Origin: Candidatus Poribacteria bacterium
Lineage (GTDB): Bacteria > Poribacteria > WGA-4E > JAJDTR01
DNA: 64,000 bases
Assembly: GCA_965222225.1 (NCBI GenBank)
Contig: CBDCTK010000002.1
Coordinates: 2,880,001-2,944,000, forward strand
Direction of reading: 5' to 3'
The position numbers and the translations under genes are program-made. This document shows positions 30,930 through 40,900 of this stretch, one piece after another. The notes under the pieces are model-generated. The model did no database searches. It worked only from the letters and a program-made list of their open reading frames with translations, and was not told where the DNA came from. Numbering within the stretch: position 1 is the stretch's first letter; each line of letters begins with the position of its first letter.

Positions 30930-31182
30930 ATCACGGATTAAACGGATTACGCGGATTAGAGGCGGACAATCCTATAATCCACGACAGTTTTGAAATCCTG
31001 AAGCCAACGCATACGCATAATTAGGCAACTGACGCCGGTTGCATCGAAGACAATTGGTCGAATTCAATCAGATCAAGCGAACGATCAAGGAAGCGAATAG
31101 CGACCGCGATAGAGATCTTCTAGTGAGTGCGATAGCAAATCCGCGAAATCCTTTAATCCGCGAAAATCCGCGATTCAGACAA
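30925..31182 (+). mobile_element. MITE-like element, family D (TCTGAATC...GATTCAGACA), containing nested family-A copies
   Basis: Terminal inverted repeats with 9-nt-period GGATT/AATCC units; ~95-nt core shared with 55341-55506 and 61517-61720. Confidence 0.7.
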
Positions 31183-31280
31183 TCGCGCAGGGGTTCGGGA
31201 CGGATAGTTTGAAGGGGGACGTGAATGGGGAGGGGGTTGTGAATGTGTTTGGCTTGGTGTTTGTGGCAAACCAATTCTGA
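31182..31280 (+). pseudogene. Orphan dockerin C-terminal fragment IAQGFGTDSLKGDVNGEGVVNVFGLVFVANQF*
   Basis: Near copy of 30831-30929 with mostly synonymous differences. Confidence 0.8.
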
Positions 31281-31306
31281 TAACGGTGATTCTCTTGAAT
31301 AGAATC

Positions 31307-32590
31307 TCAATCCCGCCTTCTTGATGGCGCTACCGGCACGCGAATATGCGCATTCGCCTCCAATAAGCTATCCGGATCCTCCTCTAGCTGCTTGAACGCC
31401 CGCCGCGTCCACACGTCTGCCTCCACAGCCCGATCTAGCAACGGCTGCTGCACCGTGTCCTGCTCCTCCGGACAGAGATGCCGCATCAGCGGTTGCAATT
31501 CGGTTGGCAGCGCGAGATATTCCGAGTGCGACAGTGGTTGACACACAGTATTGTTTATCCCGTGCGGGGCGTAGTCATCGACAGCAAACCACCAAGGGCA
31601 CCAACGGTTCACCACCGCAATCCGCTCCCGTCCGCTCGTGTTGTGCAGCGGCGAGGCGTGCCAACTGCGCGAGTCCTGAATGTAGACAGACCCCGCCGCA
31701 GCCGTAATCTGCATATCCCCGGGAATCGGCGCCGTGCACGTGATACCGTCGGAAGCTCCGCGGGGGTTTCGTGTGTCTTTGTGAGATCCGGGAACCACCC
31801 AGGTTCCGCCCGAGTCTTCATCCACATCCGTCAGATACCAAATCAGCACCAAACACATGGCGACATCGGGGAACGGCTGGCGGATACAGCCGATGTTTCT
31901 GCCGGGATCGCCCCTGCCGTAGGCTGTCAGGTCATGAGGCCAATCCGTGTGCCATTCGCGCGTGTCGGGTCTGCCTCGGCGGTGAGCCGCACCGAAACCG
32001 CCCGGCGTCCCGTCCGGTTTTGCGGCGTCGATGATACGCAGATGCAGTTGCGCAATCCGAAGGTGGTCGTCCAGAACGCGGCGCGCCACACCGGTAACAA
32101 AGGGATTCGCCAAATGTTGAGCGTACCGCGGCATCCACACAATATCGTTGGGTAGATTCGGAGGGTGCCCGACCCGACGCGCCGGTCTCAACTCCACCTT
32201 GTCCGCGGTCGCCGGATCCGTGAGCAATGCCTCTTCCTTCGCGCCTATCTTCAGCGTTTTCAACGACCCGCCGAGCAATTCCTGCAACGCTTGATGGTTT
32301 CGGTCGATTTTCAACCGCGCAGCCTTGACCTCCTCTCGGATGGCGTCCACCACGCCGTTCGGTATGAGGTTGTCGATCACGCAGAACCCGTATCGATCAA
32401 GCGAATCGGCGCACCCCTCCACCACCTCGTCTGCCGATAACGCCGCCGCGCTGAAGGCGTAACCCCGGTTACGAGCCAGATCGTCGGTGACGGCTTTCGG
32501 GTCATGCTCGGCTTGCGCTATGCGTTCTCGAATCTCCCGAAGTTCTCGTTCCAAGCGTGCTGCTTTAGCGTACAGTGCGGAAATGTTCAT
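31307..32590 (-). CDS. PhyH-family Fe/2OG dioxygenase with N-terminal coiled-coil
   Basis: GFCVIDN, WHTDWPHD, WYLTDV...SGGTWVVPGSH and DSR.WH motifs. Confidence 0.88.
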   Translation of the reverse strand: MNISALYAKAARLERELREIRERIAQAEHDPKAVTDDLARNRGYAFSAAALSADEVVEGCADSLDRYGFCVIDNLIPNGVVDAIREEVKAARLKIDRNHQALQELLGGSLKTLKIGAKEEALLTDPATADKVELRPARRVGHPPNLPNDIVWMPRYAQHLANPFVTGVARRVLDDHLRIAQLHLRIIDAAKPDGTPGGFGAAHRRGRPDTREWHTDWPHDLTAYGRGDPGRNIGCIRQPFPDVAMCLVLIWYLTDVDEDSGGTWVVPGSHKDTRNPRGASDGITCTAPIPGDMQITAAAGSVYIQDSRSWHASPLHNTSGRERIAVVNRWCPWWFAVDDYAPHGINNTVCQPLSHSEYLALPTELQPLMRHLCPEEQDTVQQPLLDRAVEADVWTRRAFKQLEEDPDSLLEANAHIRVPVAPSRRRD

Positions 32591-32669
32591 CTATCAATCC
32601 TATCCTTGTTAATCGCCTCTTTTACGAACCGATGTGTGTTGAAACCTAGTATTTTCTGGGGCTTCAGGG

Positions 32670-33721
32670 TTAAGAACCTGTTTGAAAAATAGATGTCAAA
32701 TCCATTTTGAAGCTGTTGAGTGCTATAATCTGTAGCCCCGCTGGGGCTTAGGTGCGTGGGGTTTCGGCGTTTCCTACACACCTTCATGGATCTCTATCGC
32801 AGTCGCTATTCGCTCCCTTGATCGCACTCTGGGGCTTTTAGAGGCTTGTGCGCCGTGCGCACCCTACAAGATCCCTGATGAAAACCTTGGTTTTGAGGCG
32901 AAATGTATTACAAAAATGAAATCTCAAACAGGTTCTAAGTGTGGGAATGAAACTTGCTACAGGAACGCGTGTTTGCCCTATGAGTCCAAGTTGATTGCAA
33001 TGATACCCAATATGGTTCTGGTGGCTCCGATGTATGCGTTCTTGACACAACTGCTTGACACTTCCAACTACCGGGTGGTTTCTGCCGAGATTATAACAGA
33101 TATAGTCATTTCAATCAAGAGTTATGCATATAGGATTTACACTGTTCGGTTTGTAGGAGCGAGTTTTGCTCGCGATAGGAGGTCGCGATTCGGAGATCGC
33201 TCCTACAATCCTTTGGATGCGTCACTGCGTAAGTCCTAAGTTAATTTCATTTCCACACTTAATGGTTAATTCGCTAAGTATTTATGTATTATCCGGACAT
33301 CAAAGCCCCAGAGGGGCGACACTTGGATTACGTCCCAATCGAAAACATCACAAAGCGAGAGTTAGGCGGCTGCATCAATTTGGACCATGTATTCGAGACA
33401 CATCTGACCTTTCTGGATCTCTATCGCACGGGATCTACTATCGCCCTCCCTAATCAGTCGGCTGATCGTTGTTCACTCGTTTGATCGCAGTGCGCACCCT
33501 ACAAGATGGCAATTCAGAATTGTACTTTTGTACAAAGTCGAGCTTAGCACGGGGAACTCTATCGCACTCATTAGCCATTCGCTTAATTCTTCGTCATCCA
33601 GCCAGTTGATCGCTCGCTTGATCGCGGTAAGAGAGGAAATCGGGATTTGACATCGAAGAATTTCGTCGGCGCAAAAACGGAAGCAGAATAGTTGGGTTTC
33701 ATTGCATTCAACCCAACCTAC
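32670..33721. repeat. Composite repeat zone (REPs, IS-end-like modules, families A and C)
   Basis: GTAGCCCCGCTGGGGCT, GTGCGC..TGCGCACCCTAC, GTAGGAGCGA..TCGCTCCTAC, TAGGATTTAC..GCGTAAGTCCTA and GTTGGGT..AACCCAACCTAC units; no credible ORF. Confidence 0.75.
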
Positions 33722-33755
33722 GGGCTACCCTATGCCGCGTCGTCCCATGACAACC

Positions 33756-36700
33756 CTACTTCACAATCACCATCCGCCGCAAATCACGAAACGAAGGCGT
33801 CGCCAATACATAGAAATAGATCCCGCTGGCAACCGACTCCCCACCGTCGTTGCGACCATCCCAATACGCCGCATTCCCCCGATCGGTGTAATACCCCGCC
33901 AGCTGGTGCCCCATCTCCAACCGTCGCACCAAGCCACCCTTGGTATCATAGATTGTCAGCGTGACATCTGATGCCTCCGCCAACCGGTACGGAATCCACG
34001 TTTCCGGGTTGAACGGGTTCGGATAGTTCGCCAATAGGGCGGTCTCCCTTGGCGCAACGGATTCCAAAAGCTGTTCAAACACCTCAATTCCTCGTTTCAC
34101 GATTGCATCCTTATCCGCAATGGACCGTGCGGCGGTTAGCCAATCCCGAATCGCCCCTGCGGTCAGCGCGTGGGATGCCTCCCCAAGCAGTGAAGGCGCG
34201 GCTGCGGCATCGTCTAATGCGATCGCAACCATCACCAAATCTTGGATGTTTACAACCCCGTCTCCGTTGGTATCTGTCAACGAACTTCGACCTTCATTCC
34301 CCAAACCCGACGCAACCGCCACCAAATCCAAGATATCCACGAAGCCGTCGCGGTTCACATCCTCGGCTCGAGGAGGCCGCTTGGTAAACTGAACCAGAAC
34401 CCCTCGATCCTGTAGGCTCGGAATGTGGGTATAGATTGAGCGATAACTCAGCGGGTTATTCTTCACCTGAACAGCGTCTTCACTGCCCAATTCCGTATTT
34501 GCCACCAAGGGGGAGAGATCGGAAATACTGTTGGAATTAAGAATCACAAATGTCAGGTTGGTCAAATCCGACAAGGGGGAGACATCCGATATTCTGTTGC
34601 CGGCAACAAAAAAGAGTCTAAGGTTAGTCAAACCCGCCAAGGGGGAGATATCCGATACTGAGTTCGACCCAAGATCTAACCAACTCAGATGGATCAAACC
34701 CTTCAGAGGGGAGAGCTCCGAAATCGAGTTGTTCAGGAGAATCAGCGTTTTCAAATTGGTCGCCGCCTCTAACCCGGTCAAATCGCTAATTGAAGCCTTT
34801 CGCGCTCCCAGCTTGGTCAAAGTCGCCATGTCGGCGCCTCGGATAGTGGCGCTTGGCGACACCCCGAGTGCCGATGCGACCGCCGCACGCAGGTTGGGAT
34901 CGGGAATATCAATCTCAGCCGCCCACTGAATCCACTCGGAAGTATCCCATAGCCCGACCATGCCCGTTTCCGCTCCCGAAGCGAGGGGCGTCCCGTCAGG
35001 GGAAAACGACACGGACGAAATCCTATCGGTATGTCGAAGCGTGGCTAGGTTTTCCCCGCTCGGAACATCCCATAGCTTAACCACAACACCTCCCACGGAA
35101 GCGAGGGTGTTCCCATCGGGCGCATACGACACGGAGGTGACGCGTCTATGCTGTAGTGTGTGGATAGTCGAGTTGGTCGCAGCGTCCCATACCTTGATTG
35201 TCCCATCCGACGACGCGGTGGTGAGCGTGCGCCCGTCCGGCGAATACGACAAAGTAGCGCCCCGCGAGTTTTGAAGTGTGGCGGTAGTTGAGTTGGTCGC
35301 CACATTCCATAACTTTACCGTCCCATCCCGCGACGTGGTGGCGAGCGTACTTCCATCGGGCGAATACAACACGGAGGTGACCTGATCGTGTCGAAGCGTG
35401 GCGATGGTTGAGTTTTTCGCTACGTCCCATAACTTTACCGTCCCATCCCACGACCTGGAGGCAAGCACACCTCCATCGGGTGAATACGATACAGAAGTGA
35501 CATGATCATTCCGAAGCGTTCCGATGACATCGTTTGTCGCCGCGTTCCACAACTTGACCGTCCCATCCCACGACCCCGACGCCAGCGTGCGCCCGTCCGG
35601 CGAAAACGCTACGGTTCTGACGGAATCCGCATGCCCCTCAAGGGTGGCGATGGTTTCCCGCTCTGCCACGTTCCACAGCTTGACCGTGCCATCATCAGAC
35701 CCGGAAGCAAGAGCCTTACCATCCGGCGAAAACGATACCGAATTAACCCTCTCTGTATGCCCTCTGAGGGTGCCGATATAATTGGGCGGAAGTTCCATAA
35801 GCGTAAGCCTTTCATGATGCCAATTTCCCTCCGTATCAACGACTTGAATAGTAATCGGATGGTTAACCGGGTTGGAAAGACTCGTCAAGCCGTTGGACGG
35901 AATAACGCCGTCATAATCGAATTGGATGAGGGCATTCGTTTCGCCTCCCAGCACACGACACACCTTTACTTCACGTTGTCTGGCAGCCGAGTGTGGTACT
36001 ATTGTATTAACGAATAGCTGTGCTTGGAGAAGCCCGTCGAGATCGCCAATTCTGAATTCTAGGGAGACGCTCTGTGAGCCGGTTAGATATCCACGCGGTG
36101 ATACGAGTGTGACGGTGGGCCGCGATCCCTGTTCGATTGGCACCTCGGGATTGAGGTACGGGTGACCGGTGAGGAACTCGGCGCTGCACGCGGATAACTG
36201 ATCGTAATCCGGCCCATAAGACATGATGTACCCGCCATCGTGAAAATTATGCTCCAATCCGAAGGCATGTCCCAGTTCATGCGCCGCTTTCGCCCAGTGA
36301 AATTCATCGGTAACCAAAGCACTCCCGCCATCCTTGTTATACCGTCGTCCCAAGCCCTCTATCTCTCCGGACAGCCTATACGTACTATTATCGATGACAA
36401 TTAGATAGACATTCTTACTAAGACTAAACGCAGCCCCAATCTCAGGAAATACAGCCTCGGCATTATTGCGCGCGCCAATGTAGCGACTGTCGGGATGCTC
36501 GCCATTCACGACGTGAACCACCGGTTCGTCCTGTGCGTCGGTCTCAATCCGGAAGGTTTTGCTCCCATGTCCATGCGCCTCCATCTGATCGGCAAAAAAG
36601 CTCTGTATGGCGCGCATCTCATCCTTCATCCTCTGAACCACGTCGGGGCGAGATGGGCGGTCATTGGGGATAAAGTAAACCATCCGCACCGTTCGCGGCT

Positions 36701-36875
36701 CCCCCACATCCAAGGTTGGGGTTCCGACATCGCACGGCTCGCCCGGCTGCCAATCGGGAGTCCCGCAAAGCGGCGTTCTGTCCTTCGCCGACGATTGGGA
36801 ATAGGCTGGATTCAGTGTGGAGGTGGCGAGACAAACCAACAGGGGGAGCGTGAAACGAAGAAGTTGCGTTGTCAA
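33756..36875 (-). CDS. Secreted metzincin-like peptidase / WD40 / LRR / dockerin protein with C-terminal sorting-like (FlgD-Ig-like) domain
   Basis: Signal peptide; HELGHAFGLEH plus IMSY Met-turn; about seven GH...V.FSPDG..LASGS.DGTVKLW repeats; LRRs; DVN.DG dockerin; NYPNPFNPETWIPY. Confidence 0.92.
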   Translation of the reverse strand: MTTQLLRFTLPLLVCLATSTLNPAYSQSSAKDRTPLCGTPDWQPGEPCDVGTPTLDVGEPRTVRMVYFIPNDRPSRPDVVQRMKDEMRAIQSFFADQMEAHGHGSKTFRIETDAQDEPVVHVVNGEHPDSRYIGARNNAEAVFPEIGAAFSLSKNVYLIVIDNSTYRLSGEIEGLGRRYNKDGGSALVTDEFHWAKAAHELGHAFGLEHNFHDGGYIMSYGPDYDQLSACSAEFLTGHPYLNPEVPIEQGSRPTVTLVSPRGYLTGSQSVSLEFRIGDLDGLLQAQLFVNTIVPHSAARQREVKVCRVLGGETNALIQFDYDGVIPSNGLTSLSNPVNHPITIQVVDTEGNWHHERLTLMELPPNYIGTLRGHTERVNSVSFSPDGKALASGSDDGTVKLWNVAERETIATLEGHADSVRTVAFSPDGRTLASGSWDGTVKLWNAATNDVIGTLRNDHVTSVSYSPDGGVLASRSWDGTVKLWDVAKNSTIATLRHDQVTSVLYSPDGSTLATTSRDGTVKLWNVATNSTTATLQNSRGATLSYSPDGRTLTTASSDGTIKVWDAATNSTIHTLQHRRVTSVSYAPDGNTLASVGGVVVKLWDVPSGENLATLRHTDRISSVSFSPDGTPLASGAETGMVGLWDTSEWIQWAAEIDIPDPNLRAAVASALGVSPSATIRGADMATLTKLGARKASISDLTGLEAATNLKTLILLNNSISELSPLKGLIHLSWLDLGSNSVSDISPLAGLTNLRLFFVAGNRISDVSPLSDLTNLTFVILNSNSISDLSPLVANTELGSEDAVQVKNNPLSYRSIYTHIPSLQDRGVLVQFTKRPPRAEDVNRDGFVDILDLVAVASGLGNEGRSSLTDTNGDGVVNIQDLVMVAIALDDAAAAPSLLGEASHALTAGAIRDWLTAARSIADKDAIVKRGIEVFEQLLESVAPRETALLANYPNPFNPETWIPYRLAEASDVTLTIYDTKGGLVRRLEMGHQLAGYYTDRGNAAYWDGRNDGGESVASGIYFYVLATPSFRDLRRMVIVK

Positions 36876-36904
36876 AAATTAAGCTCCTTTATACCCGGAA
36901 TTGC

Positions 36905-37897
36905 GTGGAGGCGCTCCGATCAACCGACTGATTAGGGAGGGCGATAGTAGATCCCTCAAGCGAGTGGATAGGGAGCGATCAAAGGAATGGATAATGACTG
37001 CGATAGAGTTTCCATACCCAAGTTGCTACTTAGCTCGACTTTGTACATTTGAACGTCATAACGGACAGCGTCAATTAGGCGTTGAAGAAGAACGAGGGAG
37101 ATTTTGATGGCCTGGCTTATTTAGTTGACCATTGAAGAATTCCCCAGCGGTTTCTGATACCATACAACCTGTCGCCCCGCCGGGGATTCGGTGTGGGGTG
37201 ATTCGCTGTTGCTATACACCTATCGCCTCTCTGGGGCTTACAAAGGCCTCTTGGATCTCTATCGCGCGCGCTAACCGCTTGCCTGATTCTATTCGGTCAT
37301 TTGATCCGTACAAGAAGCGGTGGGCATTGCCCACCCTACAAATGTACAAAGTCGAACTTAGAACCTGTTTGAATAATTGGTGGCAAAGCCATTTTTGGTC
37401 ATTTGTAGAAAGTTTTTTCATGTTTTCATTGTGGTCTGCTACATACCTATGGGATTGCTATCGCACTCACAATTCGTTCGTTTGATCCCCGCTGGGGGTT
37501 AGGTGCACGGGGTTTTGGTGTTTCTATACACCTTCATGAATCTCTATCGCATTCGCTATTCGCTCCCTTGATCCCACTCTGGGGCTTTTAGAGGCTGGTG
37601 CGCAGGGGATCTCTATCGCAGTCATTATCCATTCCTTTGATCGCATCCTACAAGAGATTGCCTTGATTGGCAGTGTTTCTAGTCATTGCAACTAAGAATT
37701 ATACATTTAGGATTTGCGCTGTTCGGTTTAGAGTGGCGCATTTTATTGCGCGTATTTTGTCGGAGCGAGCGTTACTCGCGACGGGGAATCGCGACCAGGA
37801 GATCGCTCCTACAAAGGCGTTTTCGGGTAGAATGAAACGTCGGAAGTTCTTTTTTTTGTACGCGATTTCTTTTGGATTTCCGCTCAACCCAACCTAC
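36905..37897. repeat. Composite repeat zone similar to 32670-33721
   Basis: 37488-37604 is a near copy of 32735-32855; at least six family-A copies; several REPs. Confidence 0.75.
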
Positions 37898-37912
37898 GGG
37901 CTGACCACTGTT

Positions 37913-40900
37913 TTAGAACCGTTGCTCCAGCTTCAAATCGACCCCATACTTCCCATGCTCACTGCGCTCCCCTGTAACCGAGAGCCCACGCTTAATCTGA
38001 TATTCCACTTCGATACGCGGCTCCCCGTGAATTTTCAAGGTTGAGGAATAAGAAATGAGAAGACGATCGAAAATTTCTTTGGAAAGAAGGACTCGCGGTT
38101 TTCCGATGTCGGTGGGGTCATGGTCCCACACCACTTCGTGCATGCCGATGAGTTGCGCCAATCGGTTTTGGAGATACTGTTGTGACGGGCGGACGATCAA
38201 GGGCACGGACGCGCCGAGGGGTGACCTTTCACGTGCGGCGTCGCCGGTTGCCAGAATGAAAAGAATTTGCATCTGGCTCAAATTGTACTCTTCGCTGGCG
38301 CCGCGGTACAACACATCCGCGTAAAATTGGGAATGATGCCTCTGCTCCTCCTGCTTGAGGTAACCGCTGAAATGCGCGCGGATTTCCACGTCCCGTGTGT
38401 GATCGCTGCCGTCGGTCGAGATAACCTGAACCCGCTCGATTGGGTCTAAGGTTTTGGCATTAATCTCATAGCGGGGATTAAATTCATAGGGGTTGGTGTT
38501 CTCGACAAACGAACCCTCCTCAATTGTAAACCGATAAATAATGCCGTTAAGCGAGAACTCGCTCGTTGGCAGCAAATTCACTCGCCCGATGAACGACGGT
38601 TTCTGTATCCGCCCGGAAAGTTTTCCGTCTATCGACACCTCAATATCAAGCTTGCCCAAATTGGATATTACCCGGAAATCGTTCGGGGCATGCACGTCCA
38701 AATCGAATCTCAGGTCCCTCATGACGGGGTAATCGGACCAGACTTCAAGGTGAATTTTGGCTGCTTGATCGAACCACTCATTAACGAGATCCTGCCAATG
38801 TCGTTCGTAAGTACCTTCTAATATGCGAACTGAGCCCTGAATCGGCGGCAAGCCTTCAACGGAGTCGGCGGAATTGGCAATCATCAGATTCCCGCTTTCG
38901 CCGCCCCCGACTGCTCCTTTCATGAATAAGTTCACTTCGCCGCATGTGATGCGGTAGAGTCCGTAGTCTTCAAAGGTGGAACCCCCTTCCAGCGTGGCCG
39001 TGAGATCGAGGTATCCCACGCGGTGCCAGTTGGAGGTACCGTAACCGTCCGCTCGGTAAGCCCCTCCGTTCAAAACCCCTTCCCAGTGCCGTATCTGAAA
39101 TCCTTCATTCGTAAAATCCACGGTAACGTCGGTATTCTTGACGTTGATATTTGCATCTGGTAGATCAAATGCCAGGTCGGCGAAGTTGGCGACGCCTTTG
39201 AGTCGAGGCGCGTCAATCTCCCCTCCAATGGTGACATTAACGCTTCCGGAGCCTTCGGCGAACCCCACCTGCTTCTGGATAAGGGGTAGAAATTCCAAAT
39301 CTTCAATGAATACATCCAATCTCCCTTCGATGGTGTTGGCTTGACCGGGAAGGTTCGAGGTTGGCAGATTCGCATGCAGCCTGTCGAGAGACAAGTCGAG
39401 AGGAATCGATCCGGAGAAGTCCGCACGATTGGATCCGATAACAAAACGAGCCGGTTCTTCGGTATGCAGCTTTCCATTCCGGTAAGCAATCCTACCGACG
39501 CACTCGTCTACACGGGCGCGGTTAATTGATAGATTGAAGGTGTCCCACCGGCAAGTGATTTCGGGGTTTTCGCCCGTGCCGCGCACGTGCAACTCTGAAT
39601 TGAGGCGCCCGTCAACGGCATACCCGTCGGGAAGAAAATCGGAGACAAAGCCAAGATTCAGGTTGCTCGTACGCATGTCGAGAACGTAGTGACCCGTGTA
39701 CGGCGCTTCGTCATCTGCTATTACCGCTTCCTTGCCGGAGACCGACCACTGACCGTTCTCCACTACCAACGTGAAACGCTCCTTCTCACCGATGCCAACA
39801 CGTTGGTCCTGTAAGATGAATCCATCGGCAAGATTAAGCTGCCCGGCGGCTAAATGACACTCGAGTGGGTTGAGGTTTCGGACTTCATAGTCAAGAGCGT
39901 TGATGAAAAGTTCTTCAACCTTTAGCCCGCCCGCCGCATAGCTGGCAAGGTTATGCGGAGTTAACGGCAAAATAATCTTGGGAAGCCACGGCGCATCGCC
40001 CGCCGTGACAAACCGCTCTATCGGGAGGCTTAAATGTCCTTGCGCGGTCACATGTCCGGTCAGATTGGCCGCCATCTTCGCCGGCAGAACGTTTCGGGCG
40101 AAGTCGGAGAGTTGCGCCTGTTGGGCATGAAAACTCCGAACTTCAACGGTTCTGGGGAGGAGTCCGTTCATATCGCAATAAACGTTCAGCGCATACTTGC
40201 CTTCGCCGATTTCAAAGCGAAACTCCGGTACGCGGAGCTCATCCTGTTCCACTCGCAGGCTTAGCCGTGCGTCCGAAATCGGTGTATCAAAGTTGGTGAA
40301 TTTGACCATCCCACCTTGGAGGGATGCCGTGCCGTATAAATGCGGCGCGGCGGTTGTGCCGCGTATCTTGAGGTTTATATCGGCTATCCCGCTGGTGGTT
40401 TCGAGTTGTGGCTGAAACCGGGAGAGAAAACTGAGATCGGCTTCTTGACTGCGTATTTCGAGATTAACGGGCTGGTCGAGGAATCGGTCTTTCAAGTCGT
40501 GCGGTTGGAGTCGCAGATCAATCGGTATGGTGCCCTGTATTCTCAAATGGTTTCCATAACCGCTCAATTGGGTCTGCTTAATCTCGAATACACGCTCGCG
40601 ATATTCCACCTGTCCGGTATCCGTGAACTCCAGGAAATGAGACGTGAGTTGATCGCCGACGCTGCCGTGCGCCTCCCACTCTGCATCAATGACGGGATTA
40701 GCGATATTCCCGCCTACATGAGCCACGCCGGTCAAACTCGCTTCAACCCCGACGGTGCTGTTGAACAGCGGCACCGTCATCCCGGGCAACAGGGCGCCGA
40801 ACGGAAAGCCCGTGAGTTCAAAATCAAACTCCAAATCACCATCCAAGTTGATCCAGCCGCGGGTGTCAGCCCATTTGGCGATGTTCGGGGATGGGCGATT

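Noticed and set aside
30831-31280. Duplicated dockerin tail as a DGR template/variable repeat pair
   Set aside because: The differences are mostly synonymous and not adenine-specific, and no reverse transcriptase is present in the window.
32587-33700. Short ORFs in the repeat zones (also 36901-37900 and 27346-27708)
   Set aside because: They are composed of REP and family-A sequence and show no RBS or family signatures.
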